The notes under the pieces are model-generated. The model was not told the origin of the DNA. It searched no databases and worked only from the letters and a program-made list of their open reading frames with translations. A stretch of 64,000 bases of DNA from Eledone cirrhosa (Eukaryota): NCBI GenBank assembly GCA_964016885.1, contig OZ024740.1:265670001-265734000 (forward strand). The letters are read 5' to 3'. Position 1 is the stretch's first letter. The number at the start of each line of letters is the position of its first letter. The position numbers and the translations under genes are program-made. Shown one piece after another: positions 57,302-64,000 of this stretch.

Positions 57302-57412
57302 AAAATGTATGACCCCGACGGCGGAGCTCAAGCCGTTTCGACGGCTATTTCAGTCCAGGAATAGCCGTCGAAACGGCTTGAGCTGTGCCGTCGTGGTCAT
57401 ACATTTACCTAT
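57297..57412. repeat. ~55-bp-arm hairpin formed from the 3' half of an HHR-bearing pLTR
   Basis: ataggaaaatgtatgacc..gctatt and aatagccgtcGAAAcggc..gccgTC..catacatttacctat are inverted copies. Confidence 0.75.
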
Positions 57413-57916
57413 TGCCCACTCTACTCCCCTAAGTATTGAGTACTCTGGTGCGTTATAGTCCATCTGGTTCCTTACCATAACTCCTTCGCTAACATTCACA
57501 CCCGAGCGACGAGAACGAAAAACTTGTTGACGAAGTAAACTCCATTGTTCTATCTTCAAAAACCATTAACTTGCAGACGCCTGCAAGTGCATTTTGTCGA
57601 TTTCGGATTTACAGAAACCTAGCGGAGATATTATAGTTTATGTGATGTATATTATATGGTATATATTATGTGTTGTGTATGATGTCGACGTGACGGTCCA
57701 GGTTAGTCAAGAAAATTTTCCTGAGTTCAGTCTTTTTCGTCGCTATGGTCACTGTGGCCCGTCTATCGGTCGCTGTCTTCAATTTTCAAAGCTGTCTAAA
57801 CGTAATGTTATAACTCTAGGGTTATATACCCTATTGAGTGCTTAGCTGCACACCAAGACTGCATTCGTTAGCTTGGCTGCAACCAGAGCTTCGTTGATGC
57901 TGTACTAAATTTTGTA

Positions 57917-57977
<61 letters not shown>

Positions 57978-57978
<1 letters not shown>

Positions 57979-60535
57979 TAGCAGAAGTACCCGGCGTTGC
58001 CCGGGTGTAAGTCGACCTTTGGTCTGTTAGAATGTGTGAAAGTTACTTCCCGCGCATCACAGGTTCAAAACTTCGAACTTCAATGGAAAAAAATAGGTTA
58101 GTAGACACAGGTGTGTAATTTATTAATTGTAGTTACACAGTGTATCGTTGAAATTGTTCTCTGCACGACTGACGGAAGTCAAACTCGCTTGATATTGAAT
58201 GTTCAGTTAATTTAAAGCAGGGTGAAAATGTCGATTACTTTCAGGGTTTTTTTTTTTATAATTTTGCGCTCACATGTGCAGAAGAAGAATTAAAAGGGCC
58301 TTTATCTTAACCGCGGCATAATGGCGAGTCTTTTGTGACAGTTTTCAAGAATATAGGACGTTCCAGTAAAAAGTTTTCCCATGTGTAACTTTGCCTTGTT
58401 TTTTTGCGCAAAGTCGAGCCCCGCTTCAGTTTTATTGATTTTTTACATCAATGCGTGATCTCTGAAGTAGATTTGAGTAGCTAAAAACCTGTCCCGGTAA
58501 ATTTGCTATAGGTGAAAAAAAGTTGATCAAAATTGTATCTAGGGTTATTGCCCTTTGCCACAGCCTCAAGCCTCGTCTGACGGGATGTTGGTAATTCCTC
58601 CGTCAGCGCTTGTTGGCGACGAAGGCGAACATCAGCAAGCCTTGTCGTACGTGATGTTGGTGATTCCTCCGTCAGCGCTTGTTGGCGACGAAGGCGAACA
58701 TCAGCAAGCCTTGTCGTACGTGATGTTGTTGACTCAACCAGCCGGGAAAGACGTCTATCAGCGAGTCGAGATTCGCGCTCAGCAGGTGTTTCCTAGAGAA
58801 AATTAATTAATTCTACTGGTTAGCTATGCCAATGGCAGTGTCAATGGTAAATGAGAAAAGTCTAACATGAACAAAAGGGAATCAAGGTAAGACAATAAAT
58901 TTAATATAACTACGATTAGAATGTTGTAGTTGCTTAAAAGTGGTGACAGTTAGGATAAACGCAGTACTTGCTAACATTAAGGGAGAATATTGCATAAAGG
59001 ATTAATCAATTGTGAATGAACTCATACCTGAAAACGCCTAATTCGTTGTCTCAAAGCAATAGCTGTACCTTTTTTGGAGGTAAGTCTTGAACGTTTCCGT
59101 GTGGGCATAACGACGTGTAACGAAGCTGTTAGGTTAGAGATAGGTGATTAAATACAGAGAGAGATGACACCAGATTCGTTAGCATGGTTACTGGTGAATG
59201 GGAAGGTTTGGAAATATGATTACAATAACTTACCGAATTTTCCCGTCTATAAATTGCACTTAAAATAATTAAATTTAATCAAAAAACAGCTCTGCGCTTT
59301 ATACTCCGGTGAGCCTTATGTATAAATAATACAATGGTAATCAATCACGGCTCTAACAGAAGTAATAGATCTAGACTAAAAGTAAAGAAGATAGCATTTT
59401 CTGGTTGGCCTTACACGCCGTTGCGCGGACCTGATTTTAAATGATACGCCTTATATCCTGGTGAGCCTTATAGAGCGGAAAATATCTATTGGAAAAGAAT
59501 ACGAATTCATGACCAAGGTGTGACAAAATAAGCGTCTATACAGCGCCTGAAACAAACTTGTCCAAAACCCTAGGATTTTTCTCGTTAAGTATCCACCTAA
59601 AATGAACCTTTTTTTAGTTACAAAAAATAACCAAAGTGTATAGTAGCTATATTTCTGACATATCATGCCAAAAAGAACAATATATTCAAAAAATGTTCTA
59701 AAGTACATTCAATCTCTCTTTTTGACCGATATCTTAATAAGCAAGCGATTTTTTATTGGCTGTCAGTGTCTATCTGCATGCAGGTGTGCACGTGTGCGCA
59801 ATTAATTGCAAATACGCTCATAACATGTAGTCGTAAGCAGAACAAAAAATGCCATTAGAGGTGTGCTAATAATGAAGACACAAACCCTGGTGAACTTACG
59901 TTTAAACACCCGAAAAGTTACTCACTTCCTGTGCAAAAGACTGTATTATGAATTAAGTAAGTTTTAGAATCTTTTGTTTAAAAAAGGAAAACATTGGTAC
60001 GACGTAAATTTTTTTACTTGTATTGTATGTGGTCAACATATTATTTAGTAATTTTTTTTTCAAAAAGCATGATTATTTAAGACTGTTTGAAAATTTACTC
60101 ACAGCTTTTAGGTTCACAAAAGACACCATTAAATTTGGTTCCCTTTTCAGATAGGGATAATACTGTATTTCCACTTGAAAAAGGTGGAATATGAAAAGAA
60201 ACTCTTTAATGGTCGGTCGTTTACTGAGACAGCTGGGAAGACATGCAGCTGGCCGTCCAATCAATAACGCACGTCCTTATATGGGCATATGAAATTTATT
60301 TTTATTGCGCCAGATGTAAACTAAGAGTTCTTGTGTTCGAATTCACATAAAATTTCATTGGAATCGAAAAACATTCTGTCATAGGGCCCGATTATCGATT
60401 TTTCGAAAATTTCAAGTAGCCTATTCCACTCTACGCGTTGAGTTTTATATATGTGTGAGGTTTCATGAAAATCGGATGAACGGTGTAGCAGGCAAGTTCG
60501 GTACACTAAACAATGTCCACCTTCCCTTTATATAT
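57978..60535 (-). mobile_element. Non-autonomous Helitron in (TA)n
   Basis: 3' hairpin cccgggcaacgccggg + CTAG|T at 57978. 5' region with ccgattttcatgaaa next to (TA)n. Internal 23-aa repeat exon and Rep-like remnant. Confidence 0.75.
58432..58792 (-). pseudogene. Helitron N-terminal exon remnant with STPR-like 23-aa repeats
   Basis: After ttctctag| the frame reads ETPAERESRLADRR..ESTTSRTTRLADVRLRRQQALTE-ESPTSRTTRLADVRLRRQQALTE-ELPTSRQTRLE; 69-bp tandem repeat. Confidence 0.65.
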
Positions 60536-60706
60536 ATATATATATATAAGTAGGATGTGTGTAGTAAATTTTGTCTTGAAGATCGCTATTTAATAGAACT
60601 CTATATTGTACTGATAAAACATAGATTAGAGATTACGCAGCAAGGAAAGAATGAATTTCTCATCATCGTGAACACATTCAGTCGTAATAGGGAACATGTG
60701 GGAAGC

Positions 60707-61165
<459 letters not shown>

Positions 61166-61369
61166 TTATCATTCACTTGCTAAGTTCATAGCTGCTAATT
61201 CGAATGGAAGGAGACGGGATGTGTATTGGTGTAATGGTAGCACTATATATATATATATATTTCGAAACTAGAAACAAGCAGACGCAAGAGTCAATGGTAC
61301 ATAGTATTATTAGCCTTCATGCTTGGTGATATATATATATATATATACCATCGTACACCTGATCTATAT

Positions 61370-62155
61370 TCATTGTTTCCCACATCTTCCCTATTACGAC
61401 TGAATGTGTTCACGATGATGGAGAAATTCATTCATTCCTTGCTGCTTAATCTCTAATCTATGTTTTATTAGTTGTCCCGAAACTACAATATAGAGTTCTA
61501 TTAAATAGCGATGTTCGAGACAAAATTTACTACACACATCCTATGCTTTCGCCCAAAGGATCTGGAAACCTACCCAGGAACGTCAGCTAGGCACAACTCC
61601 CCTTCTCACTAAGCATTAAACCTAATGTTAGTAAAAGATTCCAGGATCTTGTTGAAAATAATTCTCCACCCCATCACTGATATAGTAAAGTTTTCAGTAG
61701 ACGTTTCGTTCAGATGAGCATCTCATGTACTTCTAACATGAAAGCCATAGCAACAGCTATGCCTAAATCACAAGAGAAGCCACGATGTCCATGCCGAAAG
61801 AATTGAGTATGCCCGTGAGGTCAGTTGGTGAAATATCATGCTGGAAGTGTATGAGGTGGAAGACAGTTTGGCATGCCTAACAAAATAGTGGACAGAAGAC
61901 GTGCCATCGGGTTGGTGGATGGTAATTTTAAACGAAGATAATTGCATGTTTGCTGATATTAGGACCGACGTGAAATTAGCGAATCCCGTAAAGCCCCTGA
62001 AATACAAGATTAAACACTATATTATTAAATGCAAGGGTCATGAAGAACCTACATCAGTTATGAACGTATCCACAAGATGCAGGTTTTGCAAAACTAAGAT
62101 TTTAATTCAATATATCAATTACAAACACCGTCATTTTTTCACAAGAGTACACTAG
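61370..62155 (+). mobile_element. Highly decayed Naiad-type PLE fragment
   Basis: 61575-61760 reads PFSLSIKPNVSKRFQDLVENNSPPHH*YSKVFSRRFVQMSISCTSNMKAI. 61373-61543 is inverted relative to 60551-60710. Confidence 0.6.
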
Positions 62156-62220
<65 letters not shown>

Positions 62221-63350
62221 ATATATATATATATATATATACATATGTTCAGTAGAAGACTGGGTAGATACCTCTCTCATAACATAACAACAACAAATTC
62301 ATAAATTACATCATGGATTGCATAAGAGAACCGTTAAAATGGTTATTATGAATAACCGATTCATGTAACATCAGCATCTTTCTTAATCTTTACCTACTCA
62401 CTTTAATGTCCCTATTGCAGTTTCATTAGGAAAATAACTCTGAGTACAGTATCGCGTGAAATCATAAATCATCAGGAGACTTTCTCTGTCAAGAATTAAA
62501 ATTCACGACAAGAATTCCCAACCGTTCGTGGTCAGTGAAAATTTCGAATGAAATGACTGTCACGTGGTATCTGACCAGCAGGGGGTAGTAAAGCGGACGG
62601 TGGTAGGCAACGTGCTACTAAAACTTAGTACCGACACCGCCAAATTTTCACTCCACCATAGGGGAATGTATTATATATTAAACGGAGAAGAATGCCTATC
62701 TCTACACGAGTATAGATACAGGTATCGATACATACATAGAGAGTGTCCAACTTATACCGAGTTTGGTTCTATGAAAGAGTTATTCAAATTAACAGATTCA
62801 GAGCTTAATAATATCAAATATGGAAAAAGCAAACAACTTAAGAAAAAATTTTACCTACTCACTTTCTCTAACGGAGAGAGAGGGGGGAATATATAATATG
62901 GGTGAGAACGGCAAAAATAGCATAGAAAGAAACACCGGATGGTTCATAAGAAAGGAAATAAGACTGACAGAAGTATGAATATCGATGTTATGCAGGCAAA
63001 GGATGTCGACAATTGTAGATAAACAAGTTACTGACAGCAGCTAGATATTTCTAAATTTTGTATTTTGAATTTGCTATTTCTTTCGAAATTTTGGCGTTCG
63101 GTATTTTGTATTGAAAAAACGTTAAGTAATGAAAAATGAAAGTATTTAAAAAACAGAATTATTCGTTAATGAAACTATAGTGGCGGTGGTGGTGGTGGTG
63201 GCGGTGAGGTTGCTGCTGATGATAATGATCGTGATGATGATGTTGTTGATGTTGGTTACAACTATGATTAAAATCATATCAACCGTGAACAAACTACCTT
63301 TTTTAATATCTTGAGCTACAATGTCTAATCTTTTATGCTAATTCTAACAG

Positions 63351-63383
63351 GTGGCGCCACTTCAGAGAGGCACTCGTTTCATG
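63351..63383 (+). other. Candidate 33-nt micro-exon
   Basis: ttttatgctaattctaacag| acceptor with a branch-like ctaat, and atg|gtatgt donor. Length divisible by 3. Confidence 0.4.
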
Positions 63384-63449
63384 GTATGTAAAAGAATGTC
63401 TAATTATGTGTCTTTGTGTTTATGTGCTTATATATGTATATGTATGAAG

Positions 63450-63770
63450 ACGTCTGGTTTAGAAGTTAAGGTGTTCAGTTAACGATTAGCAGGTCGTGAG
63501 TTCGATTCCCGGTGCCGGATTGAAGCCTTGGGCAAGGCATATTGTTTCCCATAGCTCCAGTCTTCTAAGCTCGAGAAAATGAGCTGTAGAAGTGATTCAA
63601 TTGGCCTTCTTTGTCATGTAATGTAACCCTGAATCTTTTTCTGAGAACTACATAATGGGTGCACGTGTCTGTAAAGAATTATGTCAATTGCATATTAATC
63701 TCCAGAGCACACTGTTCTATCAATCAGATTACCTAGAAAAATGGTTGTCGGAACCGACGGAGATCCAACA
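63450..63770 (+). mobile_element. tRNA-derived CORE-like SINE (family C)
   Basis: tggtttagaagttaagg box A-like, gagttcgattccc box B, ccttgggcaaggca..gctccagtc core. Confidence 0.65.
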
Positions 63771-64000
63771 CACACATATATATATATGCATATGTGCGTG
63801 TGTATGCAGCTTTGTATGAATGTCAGTGTGAATGTGAATGTGTCTGTGTGTGTTTTGATGTGCTGTTTGAATAAATACACTGAAATAACAGGTTGGGAGA
63901 GAGAAAACGGGCAGTTGTCACTTGAAATAGCAATCAATTGAAGCAACAACGCTATTGCTAGCAGAGATAAAAGTTTTTAGTTACTTAAAAGTCGTTAATT

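Overview
AT-rich eukaryotic DNA, about 70% transposon- and microsatellite-derived by eye. The SINE families resemble those I recall from octopod cephalopods (inference). Penelope-like elements (PLEs) dominate: one near-intact and several decayed Naiad-type RT+GIY-YIG elements, a Neptune-like copy, a Nematis-like endonuclease fold-back and many short pLTR remnants, almost all embedded in (TA)n. Their pLTRs carry ten hand-folded type I hammerhead ribozymes (HHRs) with intact cores. Several have long stem II insertions or an AATAAA at or in stem I, and one family has an 8-nt core variant. Also present are two L1-Tx1-like LINEs in (TATC)n and (ATT)n, an RTE LINE, an R4/Dong-like relic, two non-autonomous Helitrons, a probable solo LTR, a MITE, tRNA-derived SINEs, a 24-bp minisatellite and several near-perfect palindromes. 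A few candidate host exons are unassigned. The long IY/CV ORFs are microsatellite artefacts. Clade names come from recalled motifs; no searches were run.
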